Origin: Chitinophagaceae bacterium
GTDB taxonomy: Bacteria > Bacteroidota > Bacteroidia > Chitinophagales > Chitinophagaceae
DNA length: 64,000 nt
NCBI GenBank assembly: GCA_031399065.1
Contig: JANNOM010000083.1
Location: 1-64,000 of the forward strand
Reading direction: 5' to 3'
A model generated the notes under the pieces. That model saw only the letters and a program-made list of their open reading frames with translations. It did no database searches and was not told where the DNA came from. Within the stretch, counting starts at the first letter, position 1; each line of letters opens with the position of its first letter. This document shows, piece after piece, positions 1 through 9,066 of the stretch. A program made the translations under genes and the position numbers.

Positions 1-853
1 CTGATGGCAGTCCTGCCGATAATGTATCGCTAAAAACGAAATCATTGATGCTGCCCTCCCGTTTGACGGAACCGGGCAAGGCTCCCGTTAATATGCTTAA
101 AGCATTTTCCTGAACGGCCATCAACTGTTCTATTTCGGGAATTAGCTGAGAGGCTACCAGGCGCTGCGCTTCCGCCTGCCTCACGGCCAGTGCCGTTACC
201 TGCCCGGCATCGTATTGAAGTTTGATAATGGTGAGCGTACTGTCGTTCAGCAGCAGGTTTTTATTGGCTATCGCCACCTGTTCGCCGAGCATGAGCAAAT
301 TAAAATAACCTTTCGCTATCATGGAAACCAGGTTGGTCTGTACAGCCCTTCTGGCTTCCACTGTTTGGAGGTATTCCGCCAGTGCTTTTGATTTTTGATT
401 TCTAACCTTGCCCCATATATCGGCTTCCCAGCTCAAACGGGTGCTTATGCTGTAATCTTCCACGTACGATTGACCGAGGAACTGGCTTAAACTTAATCCA
501 TTCAGGCTATTGTCCGATGGCCGGTTAATGGCTCCTGTTGCCCGAATAGTTACTTCGGGTAAATAACCCAACCTGCTCTGACGTACGATCAATTCTGCGG
601 ATTCGATATTCTTCATTGCCGTTTGCATATCGTAGTTACGCACGATGGCACTGTCTATCAAATGCTGTAACCCTTCGTTAATAAAAAACTGTTTCCATTG
701 AATGTCCGCGATGCCGGAGGTATCTTTCGTATCTGCGTTCCGGAAGCTTGCGGGTAATGGAGGTTCCGGCGCTACTATATCTTTTGATACTTTACATGCA
801 CTCAAAAACAAGAGCGCCAGTAAAGCCGTATGTACGATGCGTTTCATTTTCAT
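1..853 (-). CDS. RND efflux outer membrane factor lipoprotein (NodT/TolC family), truncated at window edge
   Basis: Hand translation of the minus strand from ATG (rc of 851-853) gives MKMKRIVHTALLALLFLSACKV... (lipobox LSAC). The start overlaps the RND stop by 1 nt (TAATG). It lies downstream of the MFP and RND genes in the same operon. The ORF runs off the window edge. Confidence 0.7.
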   Translation of the reverse strand, partial: MKMKRIVHTALLALLFLSACKVSKDIVAPEPPLPASFRNADTKDTSGIADIQWKQFFINEGLQHLIDSAIVRNYDMQTAMKNIESAELIVRQSRLGYLPEVTIRATGAINRPSDNSLNGLSLSQFLGQSYVEDYSISTRLSWEADIWGKVRNQKSKALAEYLQTVEARRAVQTNLVSMIAKGYFNLLMLGEQVAIANKNLLLNDSTLTIIKLQYDAGQVTALAVRQAEAQRLVASQLIPEIEQLMAVQENALSILTGALPGSVKREGSINDFVFSDTLSAGLPS

Positions 854-3800
854 TATACTTCTTTTAAATGATGAGGGTTGTTAAGAATAACCCGGTTTAC
901 ATGGGGCTCAGTGATTTGTCCTCCTGCTTTATTTCCACTCCATTTTTCCTGCAGGGTTTGGAAAACGACAAATAGTACGGGTATGATAAAAATTCCCAAA
1001 AGTACGCCCGTTAACATGCCCCCTACGGCACCGGTACCTATAGAGCGGTTACCCATTGCCGATGCTCCAGTGGCCGTAAGCAATGGTATCAGTCCTGCTA
1101 TGAAGGCGAAAGACGTCATGAGAATAGGACGAAGTCTTAACCGGGCAGCTTCTATAGCGGCGTTGCGAATGGAAAGCCCGGCTTTTCTTCTTTGCACGGC
1201 ATATTCCACGATCAGGATGGCATTTTTCGCCAGCAGGCCAATCAGCATGATGAGGCCCACCTGAACGTAAATATTGTTTTCTATACCCGCAATATTTATG
1301 AATATGAAGACGCCTAACAAGCCCGTGGGCACTGAAAGTATTACGGCCAGGGGAAGAATATAACTTTCATACTGAGCGGCCAGTAAGAGGTATATGAACA
1401 CCAGCGACATTATAAATATCAGGGTGGTTTGTGTGCCGGCGCTTTGCTCTTCCCTGGTAAGTCCGCCCCATTCAAACGCATATCCCCTGGGTAAAGAGGC
1501 GGCAGCTACTTCCTGCACCGCCTTCAATGCCTGGCCGGAACTGTACCCCGGTTTAGGTATCCCGTTTATCACAACCGCATTGAACAGGTTGTTTCTTGTT
1601 ACCGTTTCGGGACCATATACTTTTTCCAGGGTAATCAGCGATTTTATGGGCACCATCCTTCCCAGGTCATTTTTTACCTGCACATCGTTAAGTGTGGACG
1701 GGTCGATGCGGTAAGCGATATCCGATTGCAATATTACCTTGAACTGCTTGCCGAAGCGATTAAAGTCACTTGCCTGGTAACTGCCATAATACACCTGCAG
1801 GGTTTGCAGTAATTCACTGATGGAAACACCCAACTGTTTGGCCCTTGATTCATCTATATTCAATTTATATTGCGGGTTACCTGTATTAAAAGTGGTAAAT
1901 GCATAAACGATTTCCGGGCGTTTCATCAGCTCGCCTATAAAATCGTTGGTAGCGGTACTCAGGTCTTCCAGTTTTCCGTTGCCCCTGTCCTGTAATATCA
2001 GTTCAAAGCCGCTGGTATTACCGAATCCCTGAACGGTGGGCAAGGTAAAGGTGAACATATCCGCCGACGAAACAGCCGTGAGCCGCTGGTTCACCTCCGC
2101 GAGTATCGTATTGATATCTTCCGTGTGGCCCCTGGTGCCAGGCTTTTTAAGCTTTACGAAAGCGAGTGCGCTGATGGGACTGGTAGCATTGGTAATGATA
2201 TTCATCCCTGCAACGCTATACGATTTTTCCACCGCTTCAACGGTTGAAATGATACTGTCGACCCTTTCCACCACTTTGCGTGTACGCTCCAGCGATGAGC
2301 CTGCGGGCATGTTAAGTGAATACAAAAAGATGCTCTGATCTTCTGTCGGAATAAATCCGGTAGGCGTTTGCCTTACTATCAGTACGGTGCCGATGGTTAT
2401 GATTACGAGCGAGCCTAGAGCCACCCATTTCGTTTTGATCAGGAACTGCAGGCTTTTACCGTAACGGTTAGTAAGATTATTAAAACCGGCATTAAAGCCA
2501 TTGAAGAACCTTGCTTTAAATCCTTTGGGTTTGTCTGATTCTTTGTGATGATTGTTCCTTAAGAATAACGCGGACAATGCAGGACTTAGTGTAAGCGCGT
2601 TAACCGCTGAAATAAGTATGGCGATGGCCAGCGTAAAGGCAAACTGTTTATAGAAAATACCAGCCGGTCCCTGCATGAAGCCGACGGGAACGAATACCGC
2701 CGCCATTACCAGTGTGATGGAAATGATGGCACCGGATATTTCATTCATGCTTTTGACCGTGGCTTCCCTCGCCGGCATATTCTCGTTGGCCATTTTGGTA
2801 TGCACGGCTTCCACTACTACGATGGCATCATCCACCACGATACCGATGGCCAGTATCAATGCGAACAGAGTAAGCAGGTTGATAGTGAAGCCAAATAACT
2901 GCATGAAAAAGAATGTTCCGAGGATAGCTACGGGAACCGCTATAGCGGGTATGAGCGTGGAGCGGAAGTCCTGCAAAAACAGGAACACCACCAGGAATAC
3001 CAGGATGAACGCTTCCAGCAGGGTATGTTTAACCTTGTCGATGGAGGCATCTAAAAATTCTTTCGCGGAATAGGGGACAAATACTTTTATGCCTTTGGGC
3101 AGATCTTTTTGTACCCTTTCCATGATGCCGTTAACTTCTGTAAGAATATCGTTGGCGTTGGAACCTGCCGATTGATAGATGAGAATTCCGGTGGCAGGAC
3201 CTTTATCTACTTTTGCATCGGCGGTATAGTTGAACGAACCCAGGTCGACCCTTGCCACATCTTTCAGCCTGATGGCGGAGCCATCGGGGGTGCTTTTCAG
3301 GATGATGTTTTCGTATTCATCATTGCTGATAAGTTTGCCTTTATATTTAATTACATATTCGAACGACTCCTTGCTGCCTTCCCCGAATTTACCCGGAGCC
3401 GCTTCCAGGTTTTGTTCCCTTATGGATTCCAATACGTTTTGTACGGAGAGGTTGTAAGCGGCCAGTCGGTCGGGTTTAAGCCAAACCCGCATGGCGTAAT
3501 CTTTTGAACCAAAGATCTCGGCCTGTCCTACTCCGTGTACGCGCTTTATTTCCGGTACAATGTTTATTTCGGCATAATTCTGTAAAAACGTTTCATCATA
3601 GATACTGTCGTTGGTATACAGGGCTATGGCCATGATGATACTGTTTTGCTGCTTTTGCGTAGTAATACCTACCTGTAATACTTCCTGCGGAACGAGGCTG
3701 CTAGCCTTTGCCACGCGGTTCTGCACGTTTACGGACGCAATATCCGGATCGGTGCCTGCTTTAAAGAAAACGCTCAGCGTCATGGTGCCGTCGTTATTTG

Positions 3801-4044
3801 AATTGGAGGTCATGTAAGTCATGTTCTCCACCCCGTTGATGGCTTCCTCCAGTGGTGTGGCGACGGAACGCGCCACCACTTCTGCGCTGGCACCGGGATA
3901 GGCCGTTGTTACCAGTACCGCCGGGGGTGCAATGTCCGGAAACTGTGTAATGGGTAAGGATGTGAGCGAGACGATACCCACCAGCACCAATAGTATGGAG
4001 ATTACGGTAGATAATACCGGGCGTTCTATAAATTTCTTAAACAT
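853..4044 (-). CDS. RND multidrug efflux permease (AcrB/HAE1 family)
   Basis: 1063 aa with 12-TM architecture and two large periplasmic loops. Typical AcrB motifs are present (e.g. GLLAKNAILIVEYA). Confidence 0.9.
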   Translation of the reverse strand: MFKKFIERPVLSTVISILLVLVGIVSLTSLPITQFPDIAPPAVLVTTAYPGASAEVVARSVATPLEEAINGVENMTYMTSNSNNDGTMTLSVFFKAGTDPDIASVNVQNRVAKASSLVPQEVLQVGITTQKQQNSIIMAIALYTNDSIYDETFLQNYAEINIVPEIKRVHGVGQAEIFGSKDYAMRVWLKPDRLAAYNLSVQNVLESIREQNLEAAPGKFGEGSKESFEYVIKYKGKLISNDEYENIILKSTPDGSAIRLKDVARVDLGSFNYTADAKVDKGPATGILIYQSAGSNANDILTEVNGIMERVQKDLPKGIKVFVPYSAKEFLDASIDKVKHTLLEAFILVFLVVFLFLQDFRSTLIPAIAVPVAILGTFFFMQLFGFTINLLTLFALILAIGIVVDDAIVVVEAVHTKMANENMPAREATVKSMNEISGAIISITLVMAAVFVPVGFMQGPAGIFYKQFAFTLAIAILISAVNALTLSPALSALFLRNNHHKESDKPKGFKARFFNGFNAGFNNLTNRYGKSLQFLIKTKWVALGSLVIITIGTVLIVRQTPTGFIPTEDQSIFLYSLNMPAGSSLERTRKVVERVDSIISTVEAVEKSYSVAGMNIITNATSPISALAFVKLKKPGTRGHTEDINTILAEVNQRLTAVSSADMFTFTLPTVQGFGNTSGFELILQDRGNGKLEDLSTATNDFIGELMKRPEIVYAFTTFNTGNPQYKLNIDESRAKQLGVSISELLQTLQVYYGSYQASDFNRFGKQFKVILQSDIAYRIDPSTLNDVQVKNDLGRMVPIKSLITLEKVYGPETVTRNNLFNAVVINGIPKPGYSSGQALKAVQEVAAASLPRGYAFEWGGLTREEQSAGTQTTLIFIMSLVFIYLLLAAQYESYILPLAVILSVPTGLLGVFIFINIAGIENNIYVQVGLIMLIGLLAKNAILIVEYAVQRRKAGLSIRNAAIEAARLRLRPILMTSFAFIAGLIPLLTATGASAMGNRSIGTGAVGGMLTGVLLGIFIIPVLFVVFQTLQEKWSGNKAGGQITEPHVNRVILNNPHHLKEV

Positions 4045-4189
4045 GGTATAAAATTTAGCTGTTCGATGGCAATGACTATATCGGATTTCATGGATAGCGG
4101 ATTCCTGTCAGCACCATGGTGCTGAAAAAAGACATTCATATGTGCAGTAAGTAAAAAGATTGATTTGCCTTAGCCCTGGCTTACCTGTA

Positions 4190-5338
4190 TTAATGGACGG
4201 CGGCCGTTTCCCGAAGTACACTATCCAGAGAAATATTCTGCGGAACAATTACTACCCCATCTCTCAAACGCTGTAAGCCGCTATAAACAATGGTTTCCCC
4301 TATCGTCACTCCCTTTTCTACGATATAATTGCCCTCGCTTTTACCTTTTACGGTTATCTGCTTGCTCACCACTTTATTGCTATCGCCCAGGGAAAACACG
4401 TATACTTTATCCTGCATTTCATATGTAGCCTGCTGGGGTACGATCATTTTATGTTCAAGTAAAAAGGGAATTCTGATTTTACCGGTTACGCCTGAACGAA
4501 GTAGTTTTTCCTGGTTGGTAAAAACGGCCCGGAAGCTGATATTACCGGAGTTACGGTCAAACTGACCCTGTACCAATTCCACTTTCCCCTTAACTTTATA
4601 GATGTTATTACCTGCCAGTTCGAGCTCCACCGGAGGAATATTATGTATTTTTTCCTCTGTTGTTTTCCCCGGTATATTGGCCAGGAAAAGATAGAAGTCC
4701 GCTTCGCTCAGTGAAAAATACGCGTGCACGTTATTCACTTCGCTAAGTACGGTAAGTGGGTCCAATTCTCCTTTGCCTATCAGGCTACCCTGTTTAAAAT
4801 TGATATGACCCACATAACCGCTAACGGGTGCTTTTATGAGTGTATATCCCAGGGTAATGTCCGCACTGTTTTTCCCGGATACAGCGAGCGTATAAGCTGC
4901 CTGGGCTTCGTGTAAATTCGCTTTGGCTGTTTTCAGCTGTACTTCCGCGATCACCTTATTGGCTACCAACGGCATAAGCCTGTCTACTTCTACTTCTGCT
5001 CTTTCCACCGCTGCGCTAGCCGACTGAATGGTAGCGGCGGCACTGCTGCTGTATTGGGTGTATTCCCGGCTGTTGATGCGGAATAGCGGCTGCCCCTGGT
5101 TTACCCATGCACCGTCTTCCACGTAGATTTTTTCAAGATAGCCGCTCACTTGCGGCCTTATCTCAACATTTACCGTGCCCTGTACCGTTGCAGGAAATTC
5201 CTGCCAGGTGGTAATAGTCGCTGTGTCCAGTTGTACCACTGGTAAAGATTGCGGAGGAGGTGCCGGCTGGTTGTTTTGATCGTTGGCGCAGGCGGTTAAA
5301 AAAAGGGCCACGCCGTAAAGTAAATACCTTTTCATCAT
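4190..5338 (-). CDS. RND efflux periplasmic adaptor subunit (membrane fusion protein)
   Basis: 382 aa with lipoprotein signal (LFLTACAN) and coiled-coil/biotinyl-lipoyl-like hairpin. It sits immediately upstream of the RND pump. Confidence 0.85.
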   Translation of the reverse strand: MMKRYLLYGVALFLTACANDQNNQPAPPPQSLPVVQLDTATITTWQEFPATVQGTVNVEIRPQVSGYLEKIYVEDGAWVNQGQPLFRINSREYTQYSSSAAATIQSASAAVERAEVEVDRLMPLVANKVIAEVQLKTAKANLHEAQAAYTLAVSGKNSADITLGYTLIKAPVSGYVGHINFKQGSLIGKGELDPLTVLSEVNNVHAYFSLSEADFYLFLANIPGKTTEEKIHNIPPVELELAGNNIYKVKGKVELVQGQFDRNSGNISFRAVFTNQEKLLRSGVTGKIRIPFLLEHKMIVPQQATYEMQDKVYVFSLGDSNKVVSKQITVKGKSEGNYIVEKGVTIGETIVYSGLQRLRDGVVIVPQNISLDSVLRETAAVH

Positions 5339-5441
5339 CAGATTTAATTGTTTATTGTATTAGGTAATAATTTGAAAAGAACTTCCTGCTTCCTGTAAAT
5401 ACTCTCTGTAAAACGACTATTGGTAACGCGATTAGATTATC

Positions 5442-5452
5442 TAACAGTGTTA
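5442..5452. promoter_or_regulatory. 11-bp palindrome TAACAgTGTTA upstream of the MFP gene, candidate TetR operator
   Basis: Perfect inverted halves TAACA/TGTTA. An identical copy lies at 6134-6144. Confidence 0.4.
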
Positions 5453-5512
5453 AGTAATAAGTTTAAAAAAATGCCCTATAAGAGCTTATACCAGGATGCA
5501 TATAGTTTGAAT

Positions 5513-6112
5513 TTAGTTCCTGAGAGAATTGATAATACCACCCAAAGCATCCTTCAGCACCTGCTTGTTAATATCCTCAGAAGATAACTGCCTCGTCATG
5601 TTGATAGATATCAACCCGTGCACCACCGACCAGAACGTGTAATATTTAGTATCTATATAATCTTCGGTTCTTTTACTTTCAGGGACCATTTCTTCAATTT
5701 TGTTCCAAATCAATGTAGCGGGACCCTTCATATCGGGACAGGGGTTTTCCATGATGCAACAGTTCATTTCCACACCATACATTAACTGATAGAGTTCTTT
5801 TTCTGCGAAAGCGAAGTTCCAGTAAGCCAGCCACATCGCTTCCAGTTGTGCTGCCGGAGTGGTAAACCTGTCCTTCGCTTCTTCCATCTGACTAGCCAGC
5901 TTCAAATAACCCATCCTGGTAAGTTCCTGCAGTATCGCATCTTTGTTACTGAAATATTCATAAATGATGGGGGCCGTATATTCTATTTTATCGGCAATTT
6001 TCCGCATACTCAGTGCAGACCAGCCTTCCTCCTTCACTATGTCAAGGGAGGCACAAAGGATATTAGTCCTTGTCTCGTCTTTTAACCGTAATATCCTGTC
6101 TTTACTTGCCAT
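5513..6112 (-). CDS. TetR/AcrR family transcriptional regulator
   Basis: N-terminal HTH (ILCASLDIVKEEGWSALSMRKIADKIEYTAPIIYEYFSNKDAIL). It is the first gene of the efflux operon. Confidence 0.85.
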   Translation of the reverse strand: MASKDRILRLKDETRTNILCASLDIVKEEGWSALSMRKIADKIEYTAPIIYEYFSNKDAILQELTRMGYLKLASQMEEAKDRFTTPAAQLEAMWLAYWNFAFAEKELYQLMYGVEMNCCIMENPCPDMKGPATLIWNKIEEMVPESKRTEDYIDTKYYTFWSVVHGLISINMTRQLSSEDINKQVLKDALGGIINSLRN

Positions 6113-6133
6113 TTTATACTGCTGTAAGATTAT

Positions 6134-6144
6134 TTAACAGTGTT
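6134..6144. promoter_or_regulatory. 11-bp palindrome TAACAgTGTTA about 22 nt upstream of the tetR start, candidate autoregulatory operator
   Basis: Same 11-mer as 5442-5452. A half-site TTAACACTG also occurs at 6228-6236 in the divergent tetR/GNAT intergenic region. Confidence 0.4.
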
Positions 6145-6266
6145 AGACAAAGGTAGCAGTAATTCTTTGACTACACCAAATAAATTTCCAGGATTCTTTT
6201 AGTTTAACATTTTTTAACAATCCTTATTAACACTGCCACAATATAGTCCGGTATTGATGTAAATTA

Positions 6267-6830
6267 GTGCTTATGCTTACATGGAATCTTACCAGTCTCC
6301 CGGTTTTAGAAACACAACGCCTTGTTTTACGCGAACACAACCTTACGGATGCAGTAATGCTATATGGCCTGCGTACCAATGAAGAACTGATGCGGTATAT
6401 CGACCGTCCGCGTCCCAAAAGTGTGGAAGAAGCGGAAACGGTTATTCAATCGATGCTGGACAAATTTAAAACGGGGCAGAACCTGGTTTGGGCGATCGTT
6501 CGTAAAGATCAACCCGCCGAAATGATAGGGAATGCCGGCTACTGGCGAACGGATTTAGCCAATCACCGGGCAGAAGCGGGCTATGCGCTGCACCCGGAGC
6601 ATTGGAGAAAGGGAATCATTTACGAAGCCATGACCGCCATTATCGATTTTGGTTTTAAACAGGTAAAATTTCATTCCGTATGTGCGAATATCAATCCTGC
6701 CAATAACGCCTCGCGTCAATTGCTGCTGAAGCTTGGTTTTATTAAGGAAGCTTATTTCCGGCAGGATTATTACTTTGACGGGCAGTTTCTCGACAGCGAA
6801 ATATATGGTTTGCTGAACCCGGATCATTAG
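6267..6830 (+). CDS. GNAT family N-acetyltransferase
   Basis: 187 aa with RimL/GNAT-like motifs (WAIVRK...IGNAGY, acetyl-CoA binding region). Confidence 0.75.
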   Translation: MLMLTWNLTSLPVLETQRLVLREHNLTDAVMLYGLRTNEELMRYIDRPRPKSVEEAETVIQSMLDKFKTGQNLVWAIVRKDQPAEMIGNAGYWRTDLANHRAEAGYALHPEHWRKGIIYEAMTAIIDFGFKQVKFHSVCANINPANNASRQLLLKLGFIKEAYFRQDYYFDGQFLDSEIYGLLNPDH

Positions 6831-6869
6831 GCAACTAACTGCCAAGCATTTAATCTGCATCTGTCAGGC

Positions 6870-6976
6870 GTTAGAGAAACTTCTAACAAGCATTAAGGAA
6901 ACTTCTAATAAGGTTCTAACAAACTTCTAACAAGCACTAGGAAACTTCTAGTAAGGTTCTAATAAACTTCTAATAA
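6870..6976. repeat. Intergenic tandem repeat, about 42-bp unit x2.5 built from AACTTCTAA(C/T)AAG submotifs
   Basis: Sequence reads ggaaacttctaataaggttctaacaaacttctaacaagcacta / ggaaacttctagtaaggttctaataaacttctaataac with a partial leading copy. Confidence 0.7.
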
Positions 6977-7092
6977 CAGTAGCACAGAATCCTGAAAGCA
7001 AATAAGGCTGGCACAGTCCATTTAATGTAAAACCACTCAATTTTACCGGGAGAAAGTATACAGAAAAAAGAAGAAAAGCGTATTTTTAAGCT

Positions 7093-7290
7093 ATGAAAGC
7101 AAAATACGCAATAATCATACTGGTATTGGGATGGTGTTTCAATATCGTGGGAGCTTTTATGAAAATCACCCATTGGCCTGGAGCCAATGAACTTTTAGCG
7201 TTTGGAGTTATTCTGGAAGTGATCGGTGCAATTTTACTTTTATACAAGCTTGTCACTTATTCCAAAATACGCGATTTTTTAAACCGCTAG
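7093..7290 (+). CDS. Small two-TM membrane protein (hypothetical)
   Basis: 65 aa with two hydrophobic helices. It is convergent with the SPFH gene. Confidence 0.4.
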   Translation: MKAKYAIIILVLGWCFNIVGAFMKITHWPGANELLAFGVILEVIGAILLLYKLVTYSKIRDFLNR

Positions 7291-7362
7291 CATGTGGCGG
7301 TAGATCTTAGGCTTTATGCTGACTTCTTTTATAAAAAGAACCGGCATTAGCCGGTCCTTTTA

Positions 7363-8460
7363 TTACTTAGGCACAAATATGTCCTTCAACTGTTCTATCA
7401 GTTTACCATTGCCACTTACACTGATATTGCTGATCTTATCGGCAATCTTTTCCACATATTCCATTTCTTTAAGTTTCCATAACATCGCATTTTCTTCCAT
7501 CAATTTGGCAGTGTTCAGCAAGCTACGGGTGCTGGCCGTTTCTTCCCGGCGCATAATGGTATTAACCTGAGCTTTTTTCTCGGCAACCAGAACCTGGTTC
7601 ATAATTTCTTTTACGTCGCCGGGCAAGATGATATCCCGGATGCCAAAACCCTGTACCTGCACACCCAATGCTTCCGCATATTGCTTTACATACTCCAGAA
7701 TATAAGATGCTATGGTTTCTTTTTTGTCCAGCAATTCATCAAAACCAAAACCGGCAACATATTCCCGCAGTGCTAACTGGAAACTAATATACAACTGGCG
7801 TTCATACTCCTTGTTTTGCAACAAAGCTTTTTCAATATCCGTCACTTTGTATTGTGCCCAGGCATTGATACGCAATGCCGCTTTATCCCTTGTTAATATT
7901 TCCTGGCCGTTTATTTCCAGTTGTTGCTGACGCATATCTGCTTTACCTACATGGATGGCTATATTGTTCTTCCACCAGAAATATACGCCACTCTCCAATG
8001 ACTGGACGTATTTTCCATCCATGAACAATACTGCCTGCTCGTAATTTTCAACGCTTACGCTCCTAACGTAGGGTGCTATCAGCTTATTGGCCAGTGTAGC
8101 CCGGTCGATAGGTTCGGTAATAGCAGCTTTACCGATATCGGCCTTTACAAAATCGTAACGCACAGGCCCCTTCCAGTAAGCATACCTTCCCGCGGTTAAT
8201 ACTTCTGCCAGTATGCCGTTTTTGTATTGAAGCACAATTTCATTGTCTTTTACTTCCACTACTTCCAGCACTGATGCCAGTAAGGGGTCCTGCAGCAGGA
8301 TGTTTAGTTCTATAGGGGTATTAAACGCTCTGGTGATTTCATAAACCATTACGTCTTCGCTGAGCCAGAACCAATAATTCCCTTCAGGTATCATCCTTTT
8401 AAACGATCCGTTTTTAAACACCAGACCTACCTGGTAGGCGTTTACTTTTACATGTTTCAT
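7363..8460 (-). CDS. SPFH/band-7 domain protein (no predicted TM segment)
   Basis: The C-terminal half matches the stomatin/prohibitin SPFH core (GFGIRDIILPGDVKEIMNQV...). There is an N-terminal extension of about 110 aa with no hydrophobic anchor. Confidence 0.75.
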   Translation of the reverse strand: MKHVKVNAYQVGLVFKNGSFKRMIPEGNYWFWLSEDVMVYEITRAFNTPIELNILLQDPLLASVLEVVEVKDNEIVLQYKNGILAEVLTAGRYAYWKGPVRYDFVKADIGKAAITEPIDRATLANKLIAPYVRSVSVENYEQAVLFMDGKYVQSLESGVYFWWKNNIAIHVGKADMRQQQLEINGQEILTRDKAALRINAWAQYKVTDIEKALLQNKEYERQLYISFQLALREYVAGFGFDELLDKKETIASYILEYVKQYAEALGVQVQGFGIRDIILPGDVKEIMNQVLVAEKKAQVNTIMRREETASTRSLLNTAKLMEENAMLWKLKEMEYVEKIADKISNISVSGNGKLIEQLKDIFVPK

Positions 8461-8734
8461 TATTGTTTGTTTTTAAGTCATTAATAAAAAGCCGGCTTGT
8501 TTACTATCGGATCAATATGGAATCGATCTTCCCGTTACATTTATCCATACCAGTTTCTTTCCCTGGATTATTAATTATTCTATAATAATCGCCAGGATCA
8601 AAAGTGGCCCGGCGAACGCACTGGTACGGTCAATTGCTGACATTTACCCGATTGCAGTATACCCGATGTCACCCAGAAATACTACCAGCAAACATTCCGG
8701 CTTTGTTGCATGTCATCATTTTTTGAGAAGCGAT

Positions 8735-8990
8735 GGACTTCTTTGTTTTCAACATCCCGAGTGTTGTGTTCTACCACTGAACCATCACGCATGAAGCGCG
8801 AGCAGGATTCGAACCTGCGTTACAAGAGCCGTTGCTCTAACCTGACTAAGCTACCTGCTATTAACAGGGGAGGATTCGAACCTCCGACACACAGCGTATT
8901 GGCAGGCAGCGCCCTAATAAAACAATAGCATACAGATAGTTACTACGTCTGCACTGCGGGGCCTGTAAAAGCCCTCACCTGGTTTGTTTA
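8735..8990 (-). pseudogene. Cluster of tRNA-derived fragments (possible att/tRNA remnants)
   Basis: The minus strand has a 5' half of a Pro-like tRNA (GCGTGAT-GGTTCAGTGGTAGAAC-CAACA-CTCGGGA-TGTTG) with no T-arm. It also has two T-arm plus acceptor 3'-ends (GCAGGTTCGAATCCTGC-TCGCGCT; GTGTGTC-GGAGGTTCGAATCCTCC-CCTGTTA) with no matching 5' acceptor strands. The second fragment carries a Phe-like GTGTC variable loop. Confidence 0.4.
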
Positions 8991-9066
8991 TTAACTGGCT
9001 ACTGCCTGTCTTCCCGTTCAGGAAGCTTTTGTGCTGAAGCGTGTTTCAGCCATATTTTAAAGAACG

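Noticed and set aside
702-1264. Short plus-strand ORFs (702-884, 878-1264) at the OMF/RND junction.
   Set aside because: They are antisense to the efflux genes. The minus-strand frames give clean RND and outer membrane factor proteins.
8460-9066. I considered a tmRNA (ssrA) gene in this 600-bp non-coding stretch because of the tRNA-like 3' ends.
   Set aside because: I found no tag-peptide reading frame ending in ...ALAA-stop and no 5' tRNA-like domain pairing with a 3' CCA end.
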